This document shows positions 40,257 through 50,497 of a stretch of 64,000 bases of DNA, piece after piece. The notes beneath the pieces are model-generated. The model was not told where the DNA came from. It was given only the letters and a program-made list of their open reading frames with translations, and did no database searches. Origin of the DNA: a virus; IMG/VR virus record IMGVR_UViG_3300006893_000001. The stretch is one strand, 5' to 3'. Within the stretch, counting starts at the first letter, position 1. Every line of letters begins with the position of its first letter. The translations under genes were made by a program, and so were the position numbers.

Positions 40257-41117
40257 TTATTCCCACAGAATGATGCACATCGCGGCACCATTTGAAAACA
40301 CAGACCCGGGTGCAAAATCCAAAGCGATAAATGTGTGCGGACCGCCATAGACGTTCATCACCAACGTCGTGAACTCCGCAATGTCTGAGTTGTTGCAAGT
40401 ACCGAACATATCAAGTCCAGGCTGCTGCGGAGCGGGTGAGAAGTAGACTGGAGTTGTGAAACCAGTTACATTGCCATCAATACCACTGTTGGTACCGTTT
40501 GCTGCGACTAATTCACGATCTGTTGACGTTGTTTGAGGGTTTGCTGCTTTCAAGAATTGAACAACAGCATTATCCCATGAAAATAGTGCAAGCTGGAATC
40601 CAGATGCAGAATCGCCACCGGACTGATTCTTAGAACGTTCAATAGTTAGAAGTACAGGATACGAGAACTGTCCACCCGCGGTACCGCGGAACAACATAAA
40701 TGCAAGACGGTTAGCATCACCAGTTACGTAGCTACGAAATAGTGTTGCATTGTTCTGGCCACAACCAAATAGCGTCGGAGTAAGGTAAACAACACCAGTT
40801 AGATTACCAGCTCCATCTGTAGAACTAGCGAACGAAACTCTAAGCGCAGGACGAGCGGCGTTATTATCTGAGCCGTACTCTAACTTCATGAACAGTGGTG
40901 TTGTTCCCTGAAGTGCGTCGTTCATACGCCAGATTTCATAGCCCTGAAACGTATAGTTGGCGACAGGAGCAAGAACAGTCGTCCAGTCTATTTGACCGGT
41001 ATCCGCTGTACGAATCCAATTGACTGCGAGAAGAGCGGCACGAAGAGCCAAACCCCAAAGACGGAAATTCGCGTCTGTGGTCTGGTCCGGTGCCTGGTCG
41101 AAGGTCGTAATTGGCAT
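40257..41117 (-). CDS. tail fibre/receptor-binding candidate (286 aa)
   Basis: Beta-rich sequence; position in the fibre cluster. Confidence 0.6.
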   Translation of the reverse strand: MPITTFDQAPDQTTDANFRLWGLALRAALLAVNWIRTADTGQIDWTTVLAPVANYTFQGYEIWRMNDALQGTTPLFMKLEYGSDNNAARPALRVSFASSTDGAGNLTGVVYLTPTLFGCGQNNATLFRSYVTGDANRLAFMLFRGTAGGQFSYPVLLTIERSKNQSGGDSASGFQLALFSWDNAVVQFLKAANPQTTSTDRELVAANGTNSGIDGNVTGFTTPVYFSPAPQQPGLDMFGTCNNSDIAEFTTLVMNVYGGPHTFIALDFAPGSVFSNGAAMCIILWE

Positions 41118-41122
41118 TATCG

Positions 41123-41881
41123 TTACTCCATTATCAAGTATTCAAATTGGACGTTCACTGTGTGAGTACTTCCGCTTTGATTCTGAATTGCTAGGTAAAT
41201 CGTTGTATTCGGAACCAAGTCATCGTTTGACCCGAATGGTTCTGGGCTAGTCGTAATAGTCAAATTCAATGCAGTTGTTACACCGTCGAAAATGACGCCA
41301 GTACCAGCAAGTGGAAGCGTAGAACTTGGACGACTAGCATCAGCTGCGCGAGCCGCCGCGGTCTGATACATACGAACTCTAGCAGGACGGTCAGTCGTCA
41401 CAGCGAGCAAAATGAATGACTTCGCGATAACTACGTTGGTTGCGTTGTCTGTTGCTCCAGCCACGAGTGAAACAGTTGTAATGTTCGTATTAGTACGAGG
41501 TGCAAGAACACTTCCGCCAGGACCTGGAGGTCCAGGAGGTCCCGCTGGTCCGCCAGGACCAACCGGTCCAACACTTCCAGTAGCACCAGTCAATCCCGCA
41601 GGTCCAGCTACACCTGGAGGTCCTGCAATGAGAATGACTTCGGATGGAAGCGGTGTTGTAAGTTCACCCGTTGGCATTGCACTAGACGATGTGACGAAGT
41701 CATACGCTGTTCCAATAGCGAGCGATACAGGCGACGTACGGCCATTGATATCAGTTGTTGCAACTCCAGCGACGTTACCAGGAATATGCGCAAGACCGTG
41801 TGGATAGAACGTAACAACGACACCTTGCAGCGGGTTACCGTTGAAGTCCTCAAGTACGAACTGATAGGCGAAGTTAGCCAT
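41123..41881 (-). CDS. collagen-like tail fibre protein
   Basis: 12 uninterrupted G-X-Y triplets; N-terminal domain paralogous to 41881..43155. Confidence 0.75.
   Translation of the reverse strand: MANFAYQFVLEDFNGNPLQGVVVTFYPHGLAHIPGNVAGVATTDINGRTSPVSLAIGTAYDFVTSSSAMPTGELTTPLPSEVILIAGPPGVAGPAGLTGATGSVGPVGPGGPAGPPGPPGPGGSVLAPRTNTNITTVSLVAGATDNATNVVIAKSFILLAVTTDRPARVRMYQTAAARAADASRPSSTLPLAGTGVIFDGVTTALNLTITTSPEPFGSNDDLVPNTTIYLAIQNQSGSTHTVNVQFEYLIME
41513..41623. repeat. collagen-like G-X-Y coding repeat
   Basis: GPPGVAGPAGLTGATGSVGPVGPGGPAGPPGPPGPGG. Confidence 0.9.
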
Positions 41882-43155
41882 TATGAAATTTGTCCTGGGT
41901 AATGATACAAGTCACCGGCGAGCACGCTCGGCGCTGCATAGTGGGCATCTGAACCGTTAATATTAGCAAACAAACCTACTCGAAGCAAAGTCACAGCCGT
42001 CCAGTCAGGACCCGACGTATCTGTGAACGAACGGTCAGCAATCTGACCTGGTGCGCGAAGAATAAACATAATATGTGTCGAATCAACAATTACCATGCAC
42101 AACTCAATGAACGACCAACGATTCGCGGCTGTATCTGTCAATCCTGCTGAGTATAGTGGTCCACGGTAAGTTAGCGCACCTGTTGTGAAAGCGTCACCAG
42201 TATATGCATATGCAACAGCTTGGCCATTATTGAGGAACCAGATATATCCGCCAATTGTGCTATTCTGAACACCAACGCCGGGTGATTCATTTCCTACGCT
42301 AGTATCAACTTTTACCCATGAACTAAGGACAAACATTTGAAGTGGAGCTGCAATCGTGATTGGGCTCTCGTTAGCTTCAAGTTCTGTTCCGCCAGATACC
42401 CAATTAAGAATATACGAACCATCAGACTGCACAGTTTTTGTGATGCCCGCTGTCCCTGTTACTGTCAAATGCGTACGAGTTGAACCACCTCCGCCAGATG
42501 CTGGTTTGTTTTTCCACTTAGTCGAAGATGTTTCGTACGTCAATACGTCGTTATTTGCAGGCGCTGTAATAAGCACATCGTTATCAGCTACAAGTGTAGG
42601 ACCTACGTTATCCCATTTGCTTGTACCGGAATTATATGCGAGGATATTGCCGTTCGCAAGTCCAGATAGAGCGACGTCAGTAAGCGCAGCGAGGGTAGAC
42701 GCTCCTGGAGCACCGGCTGCGGCGAGCACATTCCAGTACGTTGCATTCGGTGGTGTATGATTCGTGTGCGCAAGAATGCAAACATAGGATGAGCCGCTCA
42801 ACGAAACCGCGTCATCAACGTGATAGGCAGTTGCTCCTGACCACGCTCCAGTCCAGTTAAGACCTACTCCAGGCGCTCCTGGAGGTCCAGGGACAAGCGC
42901 AAACGTCCCAACCACGGGATTAGGCGCTGTGAACGTCCCCGATGGCATAAGAACTGATGTGGTTGTAAAATCGTACGATGAGCCTATGTCGAGTACAGCG
43001 GGCGGTTGAACGAAGCCAGCAGCGTCAGTTATTCCTGAAGCTACAATGTTTCCAAGAATCTGAGGAGCACCGTGAGGATAAATATCAATGTTAACGTTTG
43101 GCAGTGGGTTGCCAGACGAATCAGCGACCTTCAGTGCATACTGAAAGCTAGCCAT
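41881..43155 (-). CDS. tail fibre protein (424 aa)
   Basis: N-terminus MASFQYALKVADSSGNPLPNVNIDIYPHG parallels MANFAYQFVLEDFNGNPLQGVVVTFYPHG; GPPGAPG. Confidence 0.7.
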   Translation of the reverse strand: MASFQYALKVADSSGNPLPNVNIDIYPHGAPQILGNIVASGITDAAGFVQPPAVLDIGSSYDFTTTSVLMPSGTFTAPNPVVGTFALVPGPPGAPGVGLNWTGAWSGATAYHVDDAVSLSGSSYVCILAHTNHTPPNATYWNVLAAAGAPGASTLAALTDVALSGLANGNILAYNSGTSKWDNVGPTLVADNDVLITAPANNDVLTYETSSTKWKNKPASGGGGSTRTHLTVTGTAGITKTVQSDGSYILNWVSGGTELEANESPITIAAPLQMFVLSSWVKVDTSVGNESPGVGVQNSTIGGYIWFLNNGQAVAYAYTGDAFTTGALTYRGPLYSAGLTDTAANRWSFIELCMVIVDSTHIMFILRAPGQIADRSFTDTSGPDWTAVTLLRVGLFANINGSDAHYAAPSVLAGDLYHYPGQIS

Positions 43156-44279
43156 TAAATCACCGTCACCGTAATAGTGTTTGCACGAGCCAGATGCTTG
43201 AAATCAATCGGAATATCAATCACTCCACCATTGACTTGCAACAAAGTCGTCGAGTCTACGTTGGGTACACCGGCAATAACTGTTGCAAGCGCAGCATATA
43301 CAACGTTCACGCCTACCCCGGGAGTATTGATGTAGTTCGTAATAGCTGCCACAACCGCTGCTTGTACTGTTACAGGATTCGAACCTACATGATGAACAAC
43401 TGTAGCAGTAACATTGATAGGCGTATTTACTGGAGCGAGTACCGCGTAACCGATTCCATCTGCTTTGACTGGAGCAATGGCTGCGGAGATGGCATCGAGT
43501 GTAGGTGTTGGAATTGCCCCTGTGCCATCGTCAACCACAATTGTGAATCCACCTGGCCAGTCGAGACCAGTGAAGTACAACTGGTCGTTATTTGTGAACG
43601 TAAGTCCGGCTTGAACACCCTCAATGGCTGCGTCGATAGCTGCAATCGTTCCCTTACCAAGGGACTGAATGTACAACGTGAACCGCGCTTTAAGCGCAGC
43701 ATCTGTTTCTTGATTTGAACCGCCAGTCCCTGGAGCCGAGTTATCAACTGAGTTAAAACCAAAGACGCCAGATACAATCTGTACAATTGTATGCGCCGCA
43801 ACGTTTCCGCTTGTTCCAGCTATGGCTGCAACTGTTGTTACGTCTACCGTTGCGAAAGATGATGTACACAAATACGCGTTCTGGCTAATCTGATAATTGA
43901 TGTTTGTTGGATCGGCAACTACAATGAACTGAATACCGCTGAGCGTCTGAACAACCGCTCCAACGGGAATGAATACGTCAACGCCTATAATGAGGCGAGT
44001 AACTTGTACATGAACACTCGAAAATGTAGCTGCGTCTCTGGCGAGACCGTAGTCAGCGACGTATGAATCGACGTCTATACCAGTAGATGTTGCAAGACGA
44101 GCGATGTTATACACATGCGCGATGAGCTGCTGAAGCGTAATGCTGTTACCAGTGACTGCTTGGAGCAGAGCGTAGGCAACAGAACCAGGACGCAAATTCG
44201 TAACGTTTGGCGTGTTGTTCACCAACGTTGCAATCATGTTCTGCAGGTACGAATTAAACGTTTGTACCGGTAGTGGCAT
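43155..44279 (-). CDS. baseplate J-like protein
   Basis: Size, position after the gp25/W-like gene, and the N-terminal pattern typical of the Baseplate_J family. Confidence 0.75.
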   Translation of the reverse strand: MPLPVQTFNSYLQNMIATLVNNTPNVTNLRPGSVAYALLQAVTGNSITLQQLIAHVYNIARLATSTGIDVDSYVADYGLARDAATFSSVHVQVTRLIIGVDVFIPVGAVVQTLSGIQFIVVADPTNINYQISQNAYLCTSSFATVDVTTVAAIAGTSGNVAAHTIVQIVSGVFGFNSVDNSAPGTGGSNQETDAALKARFTLYIQSLGKGTIAAIDAAIEGVQAGLTFTNNDQLYFTGLDWPGGFTIVVDDGTGAIPTPTLDAISAAIAPVKADGIGYAVLAPVNTPINVTATVVHHVGSNPVTVQAAVVAAITNYINTPGVGVNVVYAALATVIAGVPNVDSTTLLQVNGGVIDIPIDFKHLARANTITVTVI

Positions 44280-44695
44280 TATCTAGTAACCTCAAGCTCC
44301 GGAATCGCAATCACTTGACCATTCGCGAGTGCTACCTGAGCATTCACAATGATACCGTCTGGTAGTGTCTTTGTGTCTACACTTATAACAGGAGCTGGCG
44401 TAACGGCCACTTCAGCCTCCTGCGAAATTTGTTGCTGCAAACGCTGCTGAATAGCCTGCACAGTCTCTTCGTCGGAGTTCTTATCCACATATAGACGAGC
44501 GTTTCCGCCGTACTGCGGCTGGAATATGTAGTCAGGTGGAGACGTTACATTCCCATTCAAATCTGTCTGGACCGCGTTTGTCAAGAAACGACGAATAACA
44601 CGCTGTTGAAGCTCAGCCGCTCCATCAACGGTTGCAAGGTCGCCTGTAGCATCTAGGGACAGGTCTCCGCCCCAAGGTAGTGACAAATCAGCCAT
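44279..44695 (-). CDS. baseplate wedge protein (gp25/W or XkdS-like)
   Basis: LSLDATGDLATVDGAAELQQRVIRRFLT...YGG pattern. Confidence 0.6.
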   Translation of the reverse strand: MADLSLPWGGDLSLDATGDLATVDGAAELQQRVIRRFLTNAVQTDLNGNVTSPPDYIFQPQYGGNARLYVDKNSDEETVQAIQQRLQQQISQEAEVAVTPAPVISVDTKTLPDGIIVNAQVALANGQVIAIPELEVTR

Positions 44696-44716
44696 TCCGT
44701 ATAGCCTTCGACGGGG

Positions 44717-45391
44717 TTAGTCCGCCGCCTTCACCTTAGTAGAACCTGCTGGGCTCATCGACGCAGACGGTCCTCCAGTCTGAGTCGGTCCTCCTCCACC
44801 AGGATTGTACGTGTGCGTGTGATTGTTGAAAATGTTGGTTACGTAAGTTACTAGGTCCTTCTTACGAATCACGGCATTGTCCCCAGCCGGCAAACCCTCA
44901 GCTGCGAGTTCAAGCAGAGTCGCAACTTTGATACTTGCGTAATCGCCGCCACCCATACGAGTCCCACCAAGACCATCTCCAGGAGACGAACCATCTTGAG
45001 TGGTCTTGACGAAGTTACCTTTCCCATCAAGCCATCCAGCCGACTTGCCGTCCGTAAATGGAGGTGTGTCGACGTCGTTGCACATGAACACAGCCGCAAC
45101 CGGATACACACGTCCCAAGTCAATGTAAACAACAAGAGCCTGTGCGTCGAGTACAGGCGGAAACTGCATACCGATTTTAGGTCCAGCGAACGGAGTTCCA
45201 AGTTGAATGAAACCAGTTTCTATTGGCAGATCAGTTACTGGGTCACGATGCAGTGGAAGCTTAAACTTACCACAATTCGTCGCAGGGTCATACGCTGACA
45301 ATTCACCAAAGGTGACCATCAATTGGGTATGACCTTGCTGAGACGCTATCTTGGTATGTTGGAACATATCTCGGATGTTACTGTCAGACAT
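44717..45391 (-). CDS. baseplate spike/hub protein (gpV / Mu gp45-like)
   Basis: Start trimmed to TAATG-coupled MSDSNIRD; position and OB-like N-terminal pattern. Confidence 0.55.
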   Translation of the reverse strand: MSDSNIRDMFQHTKIASQQGHTQLMVTFGELSAYDPATNCGKFKLPLHRDPVTDLPIETGFIQLGTPFAGPKIGMQFPPVLDAQALVVYIDLGRVYPVAAVFMCNDVDTPPFTDGKSAGWLDGKGNFVKTTQDGSSPGDGLGGTRMGGGDYASIKVATLLELAAEGLPAGDNAVIRKKDLVTYVTNIFNNHTHTYNPGGGGPTQTGGPSASMSPAGSTKVKAAD

Positions 45392-46629
45392 TATACGTTC
45401 CCCTGTGGTACTGGAATTGGGTGATTCACGCACGTTGCAAGAAGAGAATACGCTCCAGACCCAACGTCGTATGTCCAATCGAGCTTGCGTGGATAATAAA
45501 CACCGTTCATTGACGCCATTGCAAGTCCACTCATAACGATAGCAACATTCGGGGCATTCTGCACCCACTTAGTCAAATCATCGCCAGTTGGTGACCATTC
45601 AAGTTCCATCACAAATTCATGTGCACTGATTTCGTCGCGCAGCGCATTCGCAATGGACAGGCACTGCTCTGGCGTTAGGCCAGGAATGTGCTCAATGTAT
45701 TCCTCGTTGTTAACACTAACTGCGCCGACAGAAGATGAACCTGTCAAACGACGTCCGCCAGATGAACGAGGCTTCGCGGCTGGCGACGGAAGAGGTGTTA
45801 CACCAATGAGCGAATAATACGCAAGGTCAGCTGCCGATGGTTGACTGTTAGCAATCGTCTTAGCTTTTTGCTTCGGAATGTAACTAATAACCTTTACCTT
45901 AACATCATGAGCGTGCAGAGCTGCATGCGTAACGCGACACTTCATACCCGCGTTAGATTTCCAATTCATTTTGAATACGAATGGGTTAGTAGATTGCGCA
46001 CCTACATAAACTGTTGAGTTCTGAGCACGAATCTTCCAACCGCAATAAACTGCAAGAGCTTCTACGTACTCAAGGAGCATCATATTACGCGCCGTAGACA
46101 CGAAGTCTGCTTGAAGCACTTTACCGACTGTAGGCGGCAGCGAACCATCAGGTAGATGCGAATCAACCTTCACAGTGACACCAGGAACATACTTTGTGAT
46201 GAGTTGCGCAATAGCTTTATCTACCGAAACGTTCATATCGGCACGAGCTGTAATGCGCTGGTCAGCCATAAGCGACAAAATACCACGAGCTGAAAACGTG
46301 AGTATATCCTCTTCGTGAATAGCAACAAGGTCATCGAGGAATCCAAAGAATAGTTGATTCTCTGCGACCACATGTCCCTGTGTTTCTTGCGCTACCCGAA
46401 TAGTGAATGGAACTGTCTGGGGCGGGTTCTTCTCCGCAAATTTCTGTGTCAAAGCGCCCCAATCGATATTCTGGTCCCACAGACTCGTATCTAGTGTTAC
46501 GGTATCCGCAACGCTGTACGCTGTTTGAGTAACAGTAATCTTATTCGATTCAACATACTGACCATTAACGTACGCTTTGAAGCGAGGCGTTGAGAATACT
46601 GGCGTTGGTGCTGGCGCAATTGAAGGCAT
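45391..46629 (-). CDS. tail/baseplate hub protein (P2 gpD / XkdQ-like)
   Basis: Size and position, two genes after the tape measure. Confidence 0.5.
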   Translation of the reverse strand: MPSIAPAPTPVFSTPRFKAYVNGQYVESNKITVTQTAYSVADTVTLDTSLWDQNIDWGALTQKFAEKNPPQTVPFTIRVAQETQGHVVAENQLFFGFLDDLVAIHEEDILTFSARGILSLMADQRITARADMNVSVDKAIAQLITKYVPGVTVKVDSHLPDGSLPPTVGKVLQADFVSTARNMMLLEYVEALAVYCGWKIRAQNSTVYVGAQSTNPFVFKMNWKSNAGMKCRVTHAALHAHDVKVKVISYIPKQKAKTIANSQPSAADLAYYSLIGVTPLPSPAAKPRSSGGRRLTGSSSVGAVSVNNEEYIEHIPGLTPEQCLSIANALRDEISAHEFVMELEWSPTGDDLTKWVQNAPNVAIVMSGLAMASMNGVYYPRKLDWTYDVGSGAYSLLATCVNHPIPVPQGNV

Positions 46630-47546
46630 TATTCGAACAACGGCGGAATAACAAGCTGAGTTGGTGCGTAGATAAAGTTGTCAGTCATATTGTTCGCCGC
46701 TGCAAGAGCTGCAACTGCTGTTGGCAAGTCTGCATTTGGGTAGAACTGGGATGCAACATCGAACAAATTCGAACCTGCTTGCGCTGTAAAGGTAGTTGGA
46801 GACGGACTCTGACCAAGAAGCAGGACTAAGTTCGCGAGAACAACGCCCCAAGCTTGCATCGCATTGAACATATTGCTAAGCGTCGTAAGGTCAGTTTCAC
46901 TTGTTGCAGTGGCTTCAAGTGGACCTACGAAAATCTGAGTCGACGCAATTACAGCCTTTACGAGTTCGACGATAGCGAGAATTTCAAGATATGCGGCGTT
47001 TCCAAGCGGATACGCCGCCTGAATCGCCGCATTAAGCTGATTAGACTCGTTGATGATATTCTGAGGCACAGCTGGCGTAGTCAATACCGCGGTGTTTGCA
47101 GTTGACAGAGCCGATTGAGCTGTAGTGTCTACTGTGATTGTGAGACTAGGTAGCGGTGTCGCTCCATTATTATCGGTGATTACAACGAGGTCAATCGTAT
47201 AGTGAACTTCGCTTTGATAGAAGACCTTCGCGACATACTTCTGAATAACGACGGTGTACTGCAAAGGTCCGTACTGCCATGTAATTGGCTGTTGTGCGCA
47301 GCAGAGACGGTCAAGTGTTTGATGGCGCGGCAGAGCATTCTGCCCATATAGGATACCGGTCCAATTCGTTGGAATCGGAAAGGCGCCCATGTTATGGACT
47401 TTGATAACTGGCTGGCCACTCTCAGAAATATATTTGTGAACCGCGAGTTGAAGCTCATGGCCAATTTCAAATTCCGCAGGTACTTCAAAGTTTTGAAGTT
47501 CAACCTGGTCAAGCTTAAACGTAAAGTGACTAGGTGTCACAGGCAT
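46629..47546 (-). CDS. tail protein following the tape measure (Mu gpN / XkdP position)
   Basis: Position only. Confidence 0.4.
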   Translation of the reverse strand: MPVTPSHFTFKLDQVELQNFEVPAEFEIGHELQLAVHKYISESGQPVIKVHNMGAFPIPTNWTGILYGQNALPRHQTLDRLCCAQQPITWQYGPLQYTVVIQKYVAKVFYQSEVHYTIDLVVITDNNGATPLPSLTITVDTTAQSALSTANTAVLTTPAVPQNIINESNQLNAAIQAAYPLGNAAYLEILAIVELVKAVIASTQIFVGPLEATATSETDLTTLSNMFNAMQAWGVVLANLVLLLGQSPSPTTFTAQAGSNLFDVASQFYPNADLPTAVAALAAANNMTDNFIYAPTQLVIPPLFE

Positions 47547-49477
47547 TAGTGGTGAGCTCCTGCAATACCGACAGCCGGTAGATACGGCGAGTTACGCGTT
47601 CCGCCAGTTGTGCGAAGCGCTCTCGCTGCACCCTGGTTAATCACGCGAGTGACTCCATGCGCAATCTGTCGGCTATCAAGATGAACATGGGTGTGAATAT
47701 CGACAGGACGCGTGTCAACTTGCGGCATTCCAGCTCGATAACCCTGAGCGAATCCAGCTTGTTCCTTCTGAAACCAACCAGTGACGCTCTTATAGATGCT
47801 TGACATGTCTTGAACGGGGTGAGTCACGATATACACGATGTTATTCATGAAGTTCTGCCACGCTGTAAGTGCAGCAATGAAACCGTTAGCCAACGCATTC
47901 ATAAGCCATGGGAAGAACTTGTACTGAACAAAAGCCATAACAGCGCCAAAGAATTTACCAACGTTGAATGGGTGCTTCATCAAGTAAGCCAAAGCCTGCG
48001 CAATCGCAAGAATCCAACCGATGACTGGGATAATCTTTGTTCCAAGGAACATAAACCCAGGCGCTAGACGACCAACAAGCCCTAGCACTTTGCTCATCAC
48101 GCCACCAACAGCGGCGGTTCCTCCGAAGCCAAACTTAAACAACGCTACAGATGCAAGGGTGCTTAGGGCACCACCGATAACAGTGAATAGGACTGCAAGC
48201 CCACCGGCCGCTGACGAAATCGCCATACCAATTTGTGGATGCAGGTTAATTGCAACCGCAAGTTTAGAGATGCCATCCGCAATCATACGAATGATAGGCA
48301 TCAAATGTAGAGCCATAGGAACAAATGTTGTTTGCATCAACGTTCCCCATGAAGCCTGGAGACGCTGCATTTGGAACGCTGGTGTTTTTTGCAATCCCTG
48401 CCACGCTTGGTCAAGAGTCTGTTTGTTGCGCATGGCCGACATAACTGACTGCCACTGATGATACGCACCAGGAGACACAAGCTGTGACGCCATAGGTAGA
48501 GCCGTCTGACCGAATGCGCTAACCAAGTCTTTAATGAGCAAATCAGGACGACCAGTAGCACGACGCGCTGTAGCGTCTACATACAATTGCTTAACAACCG
48601 CGTCCCAATTTAATCCACCGCCAGGACCATTACGGAACTTAGACATGATTTCGCCATCAGCGCCCATCATGCCGAGGTTGTGAAGAGCTACCGCATTGCG
48701 TGATTGCAAATGACCAGTCATCAAAGTAGCACCAAGTGACTGCGTGAACATACGAGCTACACCAGTACCACCGCGACCCTTAAGCAATCCTGATTGAGCC
48801 ATCAAAAGCGACAAACCCATCAACTGGTCTGGCTTAACACCCAACGCAGTACCAAGCGGGAAGAAATACTTGGCTTGACGTACAAGCGTCGCCAATGACT
48901 CCGGCATGGTTTGCTGCGTTTTCCACAGCAAATTCATCGTGCTAGAAACTTGTCCAGTCTTATACGACTGCGTTTGGTGAATAAGCTGCAATGACTCGCG
49001 AATTGATTCGTCTGGGCTCATGCCGTACGCATATTTCATCATGTCAGCGTACTTCATAACCTGGGGCATCAAACTCTTACGACCAAATACCTGGTCAGGA
49101 GTCAACTGCGAACGGAGAGCCATCGCATATTCGCCAGCGATTGTCGAAGCGCTCTGAGCGTACGTCAACGAACCCTGAACAACACGAGCTTGAAGCGAGG
49201 CATCTGAAATGTGATAATTCGTTGGAATAGCCCAACGAAGTTTAGTCAATGACAGAAGGAAGTCATCTGCGCCTTTTACGCCAGATGTGAAGAAAGCTCC
49301 GAGCCCTTCACCCATGTTTGTGAAAGCAGCTCCAGCTTGCTGAAGCGCATAAATCTTAGCATGGACATTGCCCAAAGCACCAGCTGCTCGATTCGCACCA
49401 GCGGCGAGTGAGCTAAGTCCAGCTCCGGCCTGATTGACCGCGGTGAATACAACCGCGACCTTCCACATTGAAAACAT
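47546..49477 (-). CDS. tail tape measure protein
   Basis: 643 aa; helical N-terminus and a Gly/Ala-rich hydrophobic middle; located between chaperone and baseplate genes. Confidence 0.8.
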   Translation of the reverse strand: MFSMWKVAVVFTAVNQAGAGLSSLAAGANRAAGALGNVHAKIYALQQAGAAFTNMGEGLGAFFTSGVKGADDFLLSLTKLRWAIPTNYHISDASLQARVVQGSLTYAQSASTIAGEYAMALRSQLTPDQVFGRKSLMPQVMKYADMMKYAYGMSPDESIRESLQLIHQTQSYKTGQVSSTMNLLWKTQQTMPESLATLVRQAKYFFPLGTALGVKPDQLMGLSLLMAQSGLLKGRGGTGVARMFTQSLGATLMTGHLQSRNAVALHNLGMMGADGEIMSKFRNGPGGGLNWDAVVKQLYVDATARRATGRPDLLIKDLVSAFGQTALPMASQLVSPGAYHQWQSVMSAMRNKQTLDQAWQGLQKTPAFQMQRLQASWGTLMQTTFVPMALHLMPIIRMIADGISKLAVAINLHPQIGMAISSAAGGLAVLFTVIGGALSTLASVALFKFGFGGTAAVGGVMSKVLGLVGRLAPGFMFLGTKIIPVIGWILAIAQALAYLMKHPFNVGKFFGAVMAFVQYKFFPWLMNALANGFIAALTAWQNFMNNIVYIVTHPVQDMSSIYKSVTGWFQKEQAGFAQGYRAGMPQVDTRPVDIHTHVHLDSRQIAHGVTRVINQGAARALRTTGGTRNSPYLPAVGIAGAHH

Positions 49478-49998
49478 TAAGCCACTTCATGCGGGATTGA
49501 ACGACCCGCTGACTGATGAATTGCAAAGAAGATAGACTTGAACAAATACGGTCCGATGAGTTCCTCGATTTTCTTTTCACTCTCGATAAGAGCAGGCCCG
49601 AGAATAGGACGTGGTGGAATCGGTCCGAGACCTGGAATTGGGTTGACAGGTACGCCTACTTCGTGTCCTAGAGCCTTCCCTAGCTCAGAACCTACGCCAA
49701 CGGCTTCTCCTTCCTGAGCGACGTTATACGAGTCTCTCAGCTCACCAGAGCGCAAAATGGGATTGTTATCAGGATAGCCTTGGGCAGCACGGTCAGCCAT
49801 CGTCATTTCAGATAGCGGAGCCCACGCAGCAAACGGTCCTACTTCAGTCTGATATTCGCCGATTTTCTCGCGTGCTCTGTCGCGTACAACATTCGCAGCC
49901 ATGAGACGGGCGGTAATCAAAGCAGGGTTCGTCACCTGACGAGCCCTGTTGATGTGCTGTATTAGAGCACCGATACCATTGAAGTAGAGAGTCTGCAC
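49477..49998 (-). CDS. hypothetical virion-module protein (173 aa)
   Basis: ILRSGELRDSY resembles morphogenesis/tail-completion families; weak. Confidence 0.35.
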   Translation of the reverse strand: MQTLYFNGIGALIQHINRARQVTNPALITARLMAANVVRDRAREKIGEYQTEVGPFAAWAPLSEMTMADRAAQGYPDNNPILRSGELRDSYNVAQEGEAVGVGSELGKALGHEVGVPVNPIPGLGPIPPRPILGPALIESEKKIEELIGPYLFKSIFFAIHQSAGRSIPHEVA

Positions 49999-50026
49999 CC
50001 GCTTTACTTTGACGGGTGGACCTTCT

Positions 50027-50497
50027 TTACTTAGCCTTAGCTTTGTTTAATGCTGGGCATGTAAACGAGAATGTTGTGTTGTTCATGCTCCAAGGAACTA
50101 GCTGGTCGAGAACATTTGTGCCAAGTAGAGGAACAGGACCGGCAGCTGCGAGTACGTGGTGCAACGTGCAGTCGCCTACTGTATAGTCGTTGACTTCGTA
50201 CATAAACACATCGACCTTCGAATTATCTGCAAGTTGAACCGTAACTGTTCCAATCGGTCTCGCCTCATTTTGAATAACCAAATCTAGAAGCACGCCTTCT
50301 GGAAGAGCTGAAGAACCGACTGAGCCAGAATCAATCATGACAATGCCGCTCTTTTGTATACCAGCTGATGAACCGACTGAAACAACGACAACCTTGGCGG
50401 GCAAATAATCTTGGTCAAGAGGAACTGAATCAGCGAATGCTAATATTGGCGCGCATAGAACTACGACTAATAGGGCGAGAGACAATAGCTTTTTCAT
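50027..50497 (-). CDS. secreted retropepsin-like (clan AA) aspartic protease
   Basis: Signal peptide MKKLLSLALLVVVLCAPILAFA; VMIDSGSVGS (D-S-G) and LLGTNVLDQL flap-region pattern. Confidence 0.55.
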   Translation of the reverse strand: MKKLLSLALLVVVLCAPILAFADSVPLDQDYLPAKVVVVSVGSSAGIQKSGIVMIDSGSVGSSALPEGVLLDLVIQNEARPIGTVTVQLADNSKVDVFMYEVNDYTVGDCTLHHVLAAAGPVPLLGTNVLDQLVPWSMNNTTFSFTCPALNKAKAK

